This document shows, piece by piece, positions 12,611 through 23,670 of a stretch of DNA of 64,000 nt. The position numbers and the translations under genes are program-made. Within the stretch, counting starts at the first letter, position 1, and the number at the start of each line of letters is the position of its first letter. Under the pieces are notes generated by a model. That model did no database searches. It had not been told where the DNA came from and saw nothing but the letters and a program-made list of their open reading frames with translations. Origin of the DNA: Anthoceros angustus (Eukaryota > Plantae > Anthocerotophyta); NCBI GenBank assembly GCA_010909165.1, contig MU008161.1, positions 310,001 through 374,000 of the forward strand, written 5' to 3'.

Positions 12611-15010
12611 TTCGGAGCTCAATTTGGTTGAAGTAGATGACCCTTTGGGTAGCAGGACTTGTAGAAGGAGGGGCTCTGTCCGGTTGGGTATAATTCCGTT
12701 TTGACCCTTCGTGGAAAATGCGACTTTGATTTGAATGCATATTACGTGTTTTGGACCCATAGTCACTCGCCCTTTCCCAGTAAGTCTCGGAAGGGTGCGG
12801 CCGGACGGCCATGAAACAAAAGTGTGCATACATGGAAAAAACCTCGATATTACTTACATTGTTCTAAGTGGAACTGCCATTGACATCTCTTTTAAAAACA
12901 CGTGTTTTGCTTGATATGAGAAAGGGGTGGCAACCTCCGCCCAAAGCGCAAAAGAGGCTTTCAAGAATCCGCCGATATTGCGCGGAGTCTGTTTTTTCCT
13001 CCCCATGTGGTGTCTTCGGCGCTCCCGTGGCGGTTTCTCAGGCCACCAGGAGGTCACATCCTGTCTCCACCGTTTCCGTGCTAGGGATTGGGACGCTCTA
13101 CAGGAAGAGTGTGGGCGCGCAGCGAGGTCTCGACTAGACTTCACTAAAGTGGATGGTGTTCATCCGGACCACAGGAGGCGCGTCTTAAGCGGCGTCTTTG
13201 CTTGGTGGGAGTATGCTCGCCTCCGACCGGAACTGTGGCACCAGCTTTAGAGGGGACTATGAGTGCCCTTCGCCTCCATCTAACATCGGGCGATCCCATT
13301 TTGCCAAACATCAAGGACTACTTTGCCGAGAAGCCTTTTTGTTTGGATAGGGCCGTCTTCGGTTGGGCCCTTATCTCTGCCCCGCGCCTTTCCGCGGGGG
13401 TTTGTCGGGGACGGTCTATGACCATCTGCGAGATTACTTTACCCCCGAGGATACCTCTAGTGGGTTTTCGGAGTTGTTTCTTTTGGCGGCTGCGGTGGCA
13501 AGGGTGGAGACCCCTTTTCGGATTGCTCAAGTGTTGGGGGCCAGTCGCTTGTTGGTTATGGAGAAGCCCACCCCCGGGGTTCGCCCCATAGTAGTGGGGG
13601 AGGCGTTTTTGCGTTTAGTTAGTCACAACATTGCCATCCAACTTCAGGAGCAAATCTAGGGTCACCTCAGCGCACACTAATTCGGCAGAGCTACTCTGGG
13701 GGGATGTGAGTCCGTGGTTTTTGGAGTGGGGGCGATCTTGGAGTCCCATCCCGATTGGGTCGCATTGCAGGTGGATGTCGAAAATGCTTTTAACATGGTC
13801 TCCAGGGCGGCTATTTCGGAGCTCAATTTGGTTGAAGTAGATGACCCTTTGGGTAGCAGGACTTGTAGGATGAGGGGCTCTGTCCGGTTGACCGGTATAA
13901 TTCCGTTTTGACCCTTCGTGGAAAATGCACGACTTTGATTTGAATGCATATTACGTGTTTTGGACCCATAGTCGCATCGCCCTTTCCCAGTAAGTCTCGG
14001 AAGGGTGCGCGGACGGCCGTGCTGAAACAAAAGTGTGCATACATGGAAAAAACCTCGATATTACTTACATTGTTCTAAGTGGAACTGCCATTGACACATC
14101 TTTAAAAACACGTGTTTTGCTTGATATGAGAAAGGGTGGCAACCTCCGCCCAAAGCGCAAAGAGGCTTTCAAGAATCCGCGATATTGCGCTGGAGTCCTT
14201 TTTCCTCCCCATGTGGTGTCTTGAGCGCTCCCGTGGCGGTTTCTCGTGCCACCAGGAGGTCACATCCTGTCTCCACCGTTTCCGTGCTAGGGATTGGGAC
14301 GCTCTACAGGAAGAGTGTGGGCGCGCAGCGAGGTCTCGACTAGACTTCACTAAAGTGGATGGTGTTCATCCGGACCCTGGGAGGGCGCGTCTTAAGCGGC
14401 GTCTTTTGCTTGGTCGCGCTGGGGAGTATGCTCGGGCTCTCCGACCGGAACCAGTGGCACCAGCTTTAGAGGGGACTATGAGTGCCCTTTACGCCCTCCA
14501 TCTAACATCGGGCGATCCCATTTTGCCAAACATCAAGGACTACTTTGCCGAGAAGCCTTTTTGTTTGGATAGGGCCGTCTTCGGTTGGGCCCTTATCTCC
14601 GCCTCCTCAGGGTTTGTCGGGACGGTCTATGACCATCCAGATTACTTTACCCCGAGGATACCTCTAGTGGGTTTTGAGTTGTTTTTGGCGGCTGCGGTGG
14701 CAGGGTGGAGACCCTTCGGATTGCTCAAGTGTTGGGGCGATCGCTTGTTGGTTATGAGAAGCCCACCCGGGTTCGCCCATAGTAGTGGGGGAGGCGTTTT
14801 TGCGGTTAGTTAATCGCAGCATTGCCATCCAACTTCGGGAGCAATTCCAGGGTCACCTCGGCCCACAGTAATTCGACATAGCTACTTTGAGGGGTGCGAG
14901 TCCGTGGCTTTCGGAGTGGGGGCGATCTTGGAGTCCCATCCCTATTGGGTCGCATTATAGGTGGATGTCGAAAATGCTTTTAACATGGTCTCCAGGGGGG
15001 CTATTTCGAC
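12611..15010 (+). repeat. ~1.2-kb tandem duplication (12611-13816 / 13817-15010) covering the transposon right end and CRE RT region
   Basis: TTCGGAGCTCAATTTGGTTGAAGTAGATGACCC starts both units. The units differ mainly by scattered small indels. Confidence 0.9.
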
Positions 15011-15365
15011 GAGCTCAAGGATGCAAGTGGGCAGCTTGCCAACCTGATCCCTTTTGTCCGCTCCTTTTACGGGTCTCCTTCCAATCTCTACTAGCAGCAT
15101 GAGCCCGCGGTCGAGGGGGTTTCGATATTGGCCTCAGCAGCTGGCACCAGGCAAGGGGATGCGTTGGGGGGCGCCTTTTTATCATGGCTCATTTTTGGGC
15201 TCTGTCCATAACTGCCTCCTCGTTCTGGGATTGTTTGTATCCCTTGGTGGCGGATGACACGAATATCATGGGGCCTGGTGACCTAGTCAAGGGGGTTTTT
15301 GATCTTTTCTCTTCGGAGCTCTCTCGCCTTGGTCTGAAGAAGAAGATTTTGAAGTGTAGAGTATG
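12990..15365 (+). mobile_element. CRE-clade non-LTR retrotransposon RT region (partly duplicated, 3'-truncated)
   Basis: GVRPIVVGEAFLRLVS (13576-13625), LQVDVENAFNMVSR, a GTRQGDALGG-like stretch (~15142-15172), VADDTNIMGP (~15246-15275), ILKCRVWSPSG. Homology ends at ~15380. Confidence 0.8.
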
Positions 15366-15534
15366 GTCCCCCTCCGGCATGGTGCCCTCTCTTCAGCATC
15401 CTCAGCGGGATATTGCTTCCGCAAGTGGCCTTCTCCGTGCGGCCGGCCCGGTCCCCCTCCGGCATGGTGCCCTCTCTTCAGCATCCTCAGCGGGATATTG
15501 CTTCCGCAAGTGGCCTTCTCCGTGCGGTCGGCCC
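15365..15534. repeat. 85-bp tandem duplication
   Basis: GGTCCCCCTCCGGCATGGTGCCC...GGCCC at 15365-15449 and 15450-15534, one mismatch. Confidence 0.95.
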
Positions 15535-16213
15535 GCTCCCGCTCCCTTCGCTCCACCATCCGGCCACTCCCTCCCGATCAACGCTCCCGATCAGCCGGTC
15601 CCCGATTAGCCGCTCCCCAATAAGCGCACCGCGCACCGCTCCTCGTACCACACCGCATTTCAAGAAAGATAGGCGCCGAAAAAATGGACCATGGCCTCTG
15701 AAAATATGGAGGCCACGGTCCATGAATGTACCGAGCAGGCACCCGGTAAGGAGCCAAACTTCATGTTCGGCTTTCAGCAGGCACATGGTAAGGGACCAAG
15801 ACTAGGGGACCAAGACTTCATGTTCAAACACGGCTTTCAGCAGTTATCAGTTATATATAGAGACCTATTCCATTTTGTTTGCTTTCTTTTAACGATATTG
15901 CCAGGAGCCTGACGTTTGCTACAGCTCTCAGTGGATCCATCACATATGTACCTTGGTAAGTGAGCAGAGCTGTTAAAACCCACATAACCAGTGCGTTCAT
16001 TATCATCGAAATGTTAGTGTTTGAACTCTTTGAGGCTTCAATGCCTCATCAGAAGGTTAACAGAAACTGAGCCTGTGCTGGCTAGTTTCAATCTCAATGC
16101 CCGAATTGGACAACCCACATTCGGTACAACATACTGCCCGTGTAGCTAATAAATAAGAGTCTAGAGTTATGCTAGGCTTTAGGTCAAGGAAGGACAGCAC
16201 ACAAGTGCAAGGG

Positions 16214-19200
16214 TTAGCAACGAGACTTTCTTACATCTCCTCGAGCAGATGCTTTGTTGGAGTGGGAAGGCTGCTTTTGAGATGTTGCTACCACCTGTTG
16301 TCCATCCTTAGCAGCTGAACAAGGGCTTCTCCTCATAGCAGAGAAACGGGTGTCATGGACTGGCACATTCTGGGCACTCTCAGTAGGTCTGTTCACCACG
16401 TCATGCTTGGATGACCCTGATCTCCTCCTAAATAACAGATCACCTCGAGTGGAATGATCGGCTAACTTGCTGTCACCCATGGTCCCAAAGCAAGGCCTCT
16501 TACACGGCGGAGTTAACTCTGAGTCTTCCAACTCCCTTCCAATGCCCAATGTGCGACGCCGTCTTAGCTTTGTGGAACTTGGTGCGTCTCTTGAACACGC
16601 GTGTGTGGGTGACACCTGCAACTGTGATGCCTTCAATGAAGGATTTTCGAGCAGCAACTCTTCTTCTAAGTCTAAAGGACATAGTGCAAAAGCTTTTTGC
16701 CTTACGCTCATGTGCCTTTTGCTCCTTTTGCCCTTGATTGGGATCTCCTTCGCTTCTGGCCCTGGACTTCCGGCTGCAATCTTGGAAACATCTTTGATAT
16801 CCTCAGCTGGTGGTAAAGGAGAACGACTCAACAGACGTACAAAATCTACCATCAACTGTTGTGAAGCTAGTGAGATCACATCATCGGAGTTACTAGCTGA
16901 GCTCTCTGATTTCCTCAGAACAGCTCCCCCTGGACTGCCCGGCGCCTCACTCGAAACCCTTGTGTCCCTAACATGAAGCTCCTGGAAGCACCTCTTTGTC
17001 GAGAACTTTTCAGGGGTGAGACTCCGACAACTGAACAGAGGCCCGTTCGATGGTTGAAGATCTATTCTATGTCTCTTGCAAGCCCTCACGAGTTCCTCTG
17101 GCTCTTCGAGTTTCACCTCAGCCATACCATGGTTGTAAGCACCACAAAGGACTTGAGCCCCTCTTAGCAGCTCCACCATGCAATTACCCACTTCATCTAG
17201 TACCATAGGTTCACTCTTAACTGGCCCATAGTCAGGTACATTATGATTTGAAGATAGCTGAGATGTGGGGCCTAGCTTCCCACCTAAAGCTTGAGACGAG
17301 GAGTCTTGAACTGTGACAGAAGTCAGCTTGGAAAATGTGTTGGGTTTTCCATCATCAGGCAAGCAAGATCCTAGCTTAGCTGACTCACAGGAAACTCCGA
17401 CAGTACATTCTCGGTATAAAGATAGCATGCTGCTGAAAATGCCTCCCGCTGAACACCAGCTTGCAGAAGGTATCTGAATTCCCTGCTGTGGTGAGGCCAA
17501 CGACCTCAGAAGAGACTGACTGGCCTTTTGCCCAAAATTCATAATGGCTTGCGTGTAAACTTCATCCAGGGGCTCGTCCTTCCTATCCACAGGCCTACGG
17601 CCGCAATACAGAAGGAGGTTTTGGCATGAAACATGCTGGTCAGAAAGCGAGCTACTGACCTCACCTGAAACCTGCTCATGACCTGCTGCAGCTGCACGAA
17701 CCTCACATGTATCCTTGTCTTCCCTTTGACAATCTTTATCTTGGCCTCCCAGTACTGGATCTGGTGAAATGTTCGTCGTTTCACTTTCACTTATCCCATC
17801 ATGGCAGCTAGCAGATAATTCTTGTTGAGACGGTGAACCTGTTGTTCCTGCCAGGGTTGAATCAACCGAAACTAGACCTGGATTTTCAAGCCATTCGGGA
17901 GTTTTGGCAACAAGATTGAGAACCTCACTAACCGAAGTGAAGTAATCAACACCTTTCACGGAAGAGCCCTGGGAAAACTTATGATTCGGCACTAAGAACA
18001 GCAAAGTAGACCTACGTCTAGAAGATAGAACCTTTCTCTCTATCTCCTGAGACTGCCACCCCCTAGCTAGCAGCCGTGGCCATACAGCTTCTAGGAACAG
18101 GTTCTGTGCCCGAGCCTTACTCATTCTGCAATCGCCAGTGAGGAAAGCCACCACTTCCTCCTTTGTAAGATTCGAGCAAGCTTTTCCTGCAGGTATTTCC
18201 AGGCGTGAGGGTGTTGGATCGATGTGACCACCAGTCAGGTCCTGCTTCCCAGAACCAAGCCCAATTGCAAGGACCAAATTTTCCAATCCTGCAGCCGCCT
18301 TCAGGCGAAAGACGAAGTCCTCAAATGACATTCTTCCACTGTTAAAAGATTGAACATCCTGCACAGTGAGAAGTTCAGATAGTTAGGAGGCCCCTACGAC
18401 TGGCAATAACTACAATGCATATAATCTCCAATGCTGCAAGAAACACAGCTATCTACATCTAGGCAACAACTGATAAGCCTTGTAACAACAACCAAAAGCT
18501 TCCTGAAAAGTCCAGTATGTACCTCAGCAAGTGCAGATTTTGCAGTGTCTAGAACAGAAGGAGACAGCCGGTCCAGAAGCTGTTCTTGCCGCCAACCTGT
18601 AACCAAGCTTGACCCATTTACACACCTGCCCCTGTTTCTCCTAGCTCCCGACCATCGCCTATAGCTCGCTGATCCATGGAACTTGCTATAGTAAAAGTGC
18701 AGAACATCCTGCATGGCCCTCTGCCCAACAAATGTCTTTACCATATGGAAGTCCTTGCCAAAGAGGTACAGGCCCACTGTAAAAGCCTTGACGTCATTCT
18801 CATCCCAGGGGCAAGTCGTAGTACCTGGCACCAGAATATGGTTGCCGCCAGATATTTCCTCGCTTGCCTGATTCAATATGCTCATACTAGTCTCCTTTTT
18901 AGACTTCACCTTCTTTACCCTCTTCCACCCAGCCCGTCTCCTCCTCCTTTTCTTCACCGTTTCTACCCTTTTCTCATTGCCAGAACCACAAATGCCAGCT
19001 CCCACCTTTTCAGTGCCTCCCACAGGAGCCCCATCCCTTTCAGCAGTCGAGGGCTCATAAACAAGTTGAGCATTCTCATCTGAAAGACAGCTCTGCAATG
19101 TGTCGGACCTACCTTCGGGAGATTCAACTTTAACCTGAACTGGAGCTGGGCATGGCACCTCTTCACTGGTCAGCATTGTGTCAACACTACAGGCGCTACT

Positions 19201-19539
19201 CCTTGAACTAGACACTACAGGGATTCTACATTTTGCTGTGGCCGCTTGCCGTGTTGTCTGAATTGGCATCAAGGGCACTGGTAACCCATAGGCGAATAGA
19301 CGCTCCTCAACATCCATAGAATCTGTCTCACCTTCAGCTTCTCCATCTTCGTTCGCGTAACAGCTGATGTTGAGATCAAACTTTGCCACAATCGGTTTGT
19401 ATGGCAGAACCGGGCATTGATGCCTGGTTCCTATCGCAGGGCGGAGTCTCTGCTGAGAGTTGCTTGAAACGCAACAGGAGCTGGATGAGTTCCACAGCAG
19501 GGACGTATTTAGCGCTTCCCTGGATTTGGTATCCTCCAT
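16214..19539 (-). CDS. SANT/ELM2-like chromatin protein (Arabidopsis At1g09040/At2g47820-like), 2 coding exons, ~1053 aa
   Basis: Exons 19539-18523 and 18358-16214 (GAG|gtacat..gtgcag|GAT, phase 0). Motifs RPAIGTRHQCP; WDENDVKAFTVGLYLFGKDFHMVKTFVGQRAMQDVLHFYY (SANT); IPAGKACSNLT..FLTGDCRMSKARAQNLFLEAVWPRLLARGW; KGVDYFTSVSEVL. Confidence 0.85.
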
Positions 19540-20640
19540 CCTCTTCTCAATAGCAAGGTCACGTGACTTGTCCTGACGCTGACGCTGACGCTGACGCGAA
19601 CGCGAACGCTTACATCCTTAGCCAATCGTCCTTCCAGTGGATTTCTCCTCACACCTACATGGAGCAGCATTGAAAGGAACAAAGTGAGCCCACTCCACAG
19701 GGAGCGAAACACAAGAACGTCCTACTTGGCCCCAGCTTACACTCGCATCACCTAACATCAACGCTAGAAGCAGTCTTCCCCACAGAAAAGGACAGATTGC
19801 GGAAGTCCAAGTTGAGCACCAATTTCCATCCTCAGGATTCCCAGCAAGCCACGCAACCCAAGACCTTCTTTGGCAGCACAGTGAGCCATCCCGTTTTCTT
19901 GCCTGATCGCAAATGACAGATCCAGCATTTGCAGGTTCCTACAGCTATAGCGCCTCCTCCATGAGTCCATGACTGCCTGAACTCAAGGAAGGACCAGGAG
20001 AATTGATTCCGCACAGTCGTACCGGACACCCCGGATTGGATTGCGACACTAAACCAACCCGCCACAAGCCTATCCATCCACGCCCGGCGGATTCCCATGC
20101 AATGACACTGACAGGCGGAGGAAATGAAAGAAGCGTCCTCCAGGCTGAGCACCCAAGACACCAAGCTCACCAGCGATTGCTTCCCCCGAGGTAATCCATA
20201 TTCCATCCAACAGATCTTGCAAAATTGGCAAAGCCACAGGCAGGCAGGCAGGCAAGCATTGCAGCGCATTCCAAGTCCCGGAGCGGCGGGATGACCTGCC
20301 CTGGGGCACGCAATTGGCAATTGCAATCGTCTAAGTCCCAGGATCTGCAGCAGCAAGCAGCAATCAGCAATTCCACACTCCCACTGTGCCATTGGCGGAT
20401 GAATTGGCACATCTGCAGCCGAATTACCTGCTCCGGCTGTCATTCCCCAGCTGCTGCAGGGGGCAGCAGCTGGCTGGTGCAGCTTGATATCCCTGGAGCA
20501 GCAATAAAATTACGCGGCAGCGGAATTGCAGCCTGCTCCCGCCTGCTCCCGCCTGGCCAGCCTCCTCAATGGTGCTCGTGGCTAGCGCATCCGGAGGTGC
20601 TTCATGTGCCTGGCCCACGCGCCTGTGGTCCGTCAAAGGT

Positions 20641-20765
20641 GGACTGTCTCGTCTCGTCCCGTCTCGTCTCGTCCCCGTCCTCGCTCTCGCTCTCGCTCTC
20701 CTCTGGGCTCACACTGGCTCTCTCTTTTCTTCTTTGTCTCGCCTGCTGTTTCTCTCTCTCTCTCG
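20641..20765. repeat. (GTCTC)n/(CTCGCT)n/CT microsatellites in the probable 5' leader of the SANT gene
   Basis: Read directly; purine-rich on the minus strand. Confidence 0.8.
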
Positions 20766-21324
20766 AGTCCCCCCTTGTGCCCAGGCCTGTCGTCCGGGTC
20801 GCGGCAATTTAGCAGGGCATGCCATGCTATGGGCCTGCGTTGTATCATGGGCATTACAGATCATGCTGCCAATGCTGGTAACGTCTTTCGTCAACTCATC
20901 CCCTCGCATGTTCAACCAACATACGCTGCTGTCCGTGCCAAATGGGCAACAATATTATGAACGCCAAAAATTGCGAGAAAAGTTTAACATATGGAAACCC
21001 GTTCGAAGCCCCCGTGTCAAATAGACTAGGTGGCTAGATACCTGGTCACCAATACACGTTTGTGGTTAAAGGTATTATTATTATTTATATCTTAATTATT
21101 TGTAAAGGTTTGTAAATTTTCATCAGCTTCCTCGGTCTTAGTGCTTCTTGTTGGGGTGGTTGGTGGTTTCCCACGAAAACTTGTAAGAAGAAAACTACCT
21201 AAAGAATTTCATCATTTCATTTTAGTCGTTTTACCCCAAAAACACATCTTCTATATTAGGGTTTTCATATGTACTTGGTATATCATTTCTCCTTCTTTAA
21301 GGAATAACTAAATTGCTCATATGA

Positions 21325-21457
21325 TCAATTGATATCTATTGAGGACACATATATTGAATACTTAGAAATAGAAGATCTCAATGTCGTGTATCAATTGATA
21401 TCTATTGAGGACACATATATTGAATACTTGGAAATAGAAGATCTCAATATCGCGTAT
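21325..21457. repeat. 66-bp tandem duplication
   Basis: TCAATTGATATCTATTGAGGACACATATATTGAATACTT(A/G)GAAATAGAAGATCTCAAT at 21325 and 21391. Confidence 0.9.
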
Positions 21458-21859
21458 CTATTTACAGACTAAGCTCAATATAAAGTCTATCTGATACAAT
21501 CTATCTGATGAAGTCTATGCAGCTAGGGTACTCGACCTTCGCTTAAGTCGCCTGGGTTCGAGTCCTCTGGGTTCGAGTCCTTGCATCGGATTACGAAAAG
21601 GCTGGGCTGACTAATGAAAATGTTCCTTCATTTTCCTCATGTTCATTTTTACTAAGGGAACAGTTCTCGGGTTAAAGAGTCATGTAGTAAGGGAGTTTTT
21701 TTTAGTAAAGAAACAGTTCTGGATTTAAAGAATCATTCTAGTAACCTCCTGTTCATTTTTACAAAGGAAATAGTTATGGGATTAAAGAATCATTTAGTAA
21801 AGGAGTTTCTTTAGTAAAGAAACAGCTTTGGGGTTAAAGAGTCTTTTAGTAAGGATTCC

Positions 21860-22890
21860 TTATGCGCTGTCAGTTCAGGATTTCAATTCGGCCAATTTGG
21901 TTCAGCTGCAGGCCAAGTCAGCATCGAACAGACCTCGACCCCATGTATGAACATAATCCATTGTGCCAACAGGTTCGCTGACAATGCATTGACGCAGTAA
22001 GTAAAGATTGGGTGCCAGTTCGGTTTCTCCAAGTTCGAACCCTGAAATGAATCGCCACGGATTACCAATAGTTCGGACAGACTGAAATGAAGAAAAAACG
22101 CATTGTACATTTCGTTTACCTACGTATCATGCGTCACCTACATTCGCTTTACTTTTCGTACAAATTGTGGGGAGTTCACTTCAAGCTGACCCTAGTTCGG
22201 TTCTCTGCGCCTATCGGAGAAGCTGTAATTCGCAAGTCAGTTCAATAAGATTTTGGAACTTAACTGTCCACTTGGCACACAGTTTGATGAACTGAGCTAC
22301 TCAACTCGACTTACATCAGCTTAAAGAAACTAGCAGGCCACAAGGGTCGTAAGGGAGTTCTTTTAAAGAAGAAACTATTGTGGGTTTAAAGAGTCATTCT
22401 AGTAACTTAACACCCTTACGTACTGCCAATTTGAGAGCTCAATTCGGCTAGTTCGGTTTAGTCCCAATCCAAGTGAGCCTCAAACCAAGCTCAAACTAGC
22501 GTACAAACACAATCCATTGTGACAACCAATTCGCTAACAATGCGATGACGTAGCAAATAATGATTGAGTGTCAGTTAGGTTTTTTCTGAGTTCAGACCCC
22601 GAACTGAACCGCCACGGATTACCCATAGTTCGGAAAACTGAGATGAAAAACAAGATTTACGTACTATACATTTCGTTGTTATTAATCACCTCTGTCCGCC
22701 TTACTTTTCGTAATTTTTTGTCAGTTCAGTTTATATTAAGTGCTTGTTCGAGAAGCCACATTTCGCTAGCCACCGTTGACTAGCCAATTCAAGTGCATTT
22801 TTAAACTAAACCGTTCCAATTGAAAATGAACTATCCACTTGGCACATGGTTTGATGAATTGAACTACTCAATTCAACTGATATCAGTCTG
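21860..22890. repeat. Two diverged ~470-bp direct repeats (~21860-22320 and ~22412-22890)
   Basis: Shared colinear blocks: AATCCATTGTG..AAC, CGCCACGGATTACC.ATAGTTCGGA.A.ACTGA.ATGAA, TCCACTTGGCACA..GTTTGATGAA.TGA.CTACTCAA. Confidence 0.8.
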
Positions 22891-22959
22891 ATAGAACTGT
22901 AGAGACGCATATGAAGCAAATTTACAATGAGATACGAATGCAACCAAATGCAGGAGAAT

Positions 22960-23670
22960 CTGATCACCTCAGTAAACGTTGGTCATTATATGCAATGGAG
23001 TGTGCTCTTTGGGGATTCAACGACGGACCAACAGAATTGGGAAATCCACATCTTTCTATTCACCTAGATCTTTTACATCAAATTGAGCAGGGTCTTTTCA
23101 AGCGCATTGTAGGAATCCTTGTAGAAATGGCTGAGGAACCTATGTCGAGCAGCATTTTCCAGAGTAGAAAGCCATTGAAATAAATGGATTGACGATTACG
23201 GTTCAATGCAGCAAACCATAGATATGCCGAGGTCAGATTACCAGGTAATGACAAAGGAGGGTATTTCTCATCACAGGCTAATTGCGCTGCATTTGAACAT
23301 AGAGCAGGGATACAAGTTGTTATCTTCTACATGCTCGGTGTGTATCCCAACACGATAGTTATGGTGTTTGTAAAGTTTTTGTCCTGGTACAACTTGCTCT
23401 CTCGGAGTTCATCACATACAGAGGCAAGCTTGTAAGAAGCGAACAGACTCATGGTACATTTGGTAGATTTTTGAAGTTGCATATGATTAACTAGCCTAAA
23501 TCTGAGTTTGGAATCCCCAAGGTTCATTTGATGGCACATTTTAGTGATGCAATTAGAAGGTCGGGACTAGCATGAGAATTTAATACCAACATGTTTGAGA
23601 AGATGCATATTGCTCAGATGAAGATCCCTTATAGAGCATCCAATGAGAAAAATGTTGCAGTTTGTTTAGG
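22960..23670 (+). pseudogene. Plavaka-type transposase remnant (C-terminal half)
   Basis: HLDLLHQIEQGLFK; FEHRAGIQV; SRSSSHTEASL*; FGIPKVHLMAHFSDAIRRSG; NTNMFEKMHIAQMKIPYRASN. These match the LHQxxxGxFK, PKxHxxxHY and ExxHIxxxKxxYRASN pattern. In-frame stops and a frameshift are present. Confidence 0.75.

Larger units (their letters stand above)
4821..12990. mobile_element. ~8.2-kb TIR DNA transposon (Sola-like transposase + ParB-DNA methyltransferase cargo)
   Basis: Inverted terminal motif: ATATCGGCGGATTCcgTTGAAA at 4831-4852 versus the reverse complement of 12959-12978, ATATCGGCGGATTC--TTGAAA. Both ends sit in a T-run inside the CRE ORF. Two divergent genes lie inside. Confidence 0.8.

Noticed and set aside
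11805-12833. 342-aa minus-strand ORF
   Set aside because: Antisense shadow of the MTase region with no protein motifs; the conserved motifs are on the plus strand.
21510-21590. tRNA gene
   Set aside because: Only B-box motifs are present; no acceptor, D or anticodon stems could be folded.
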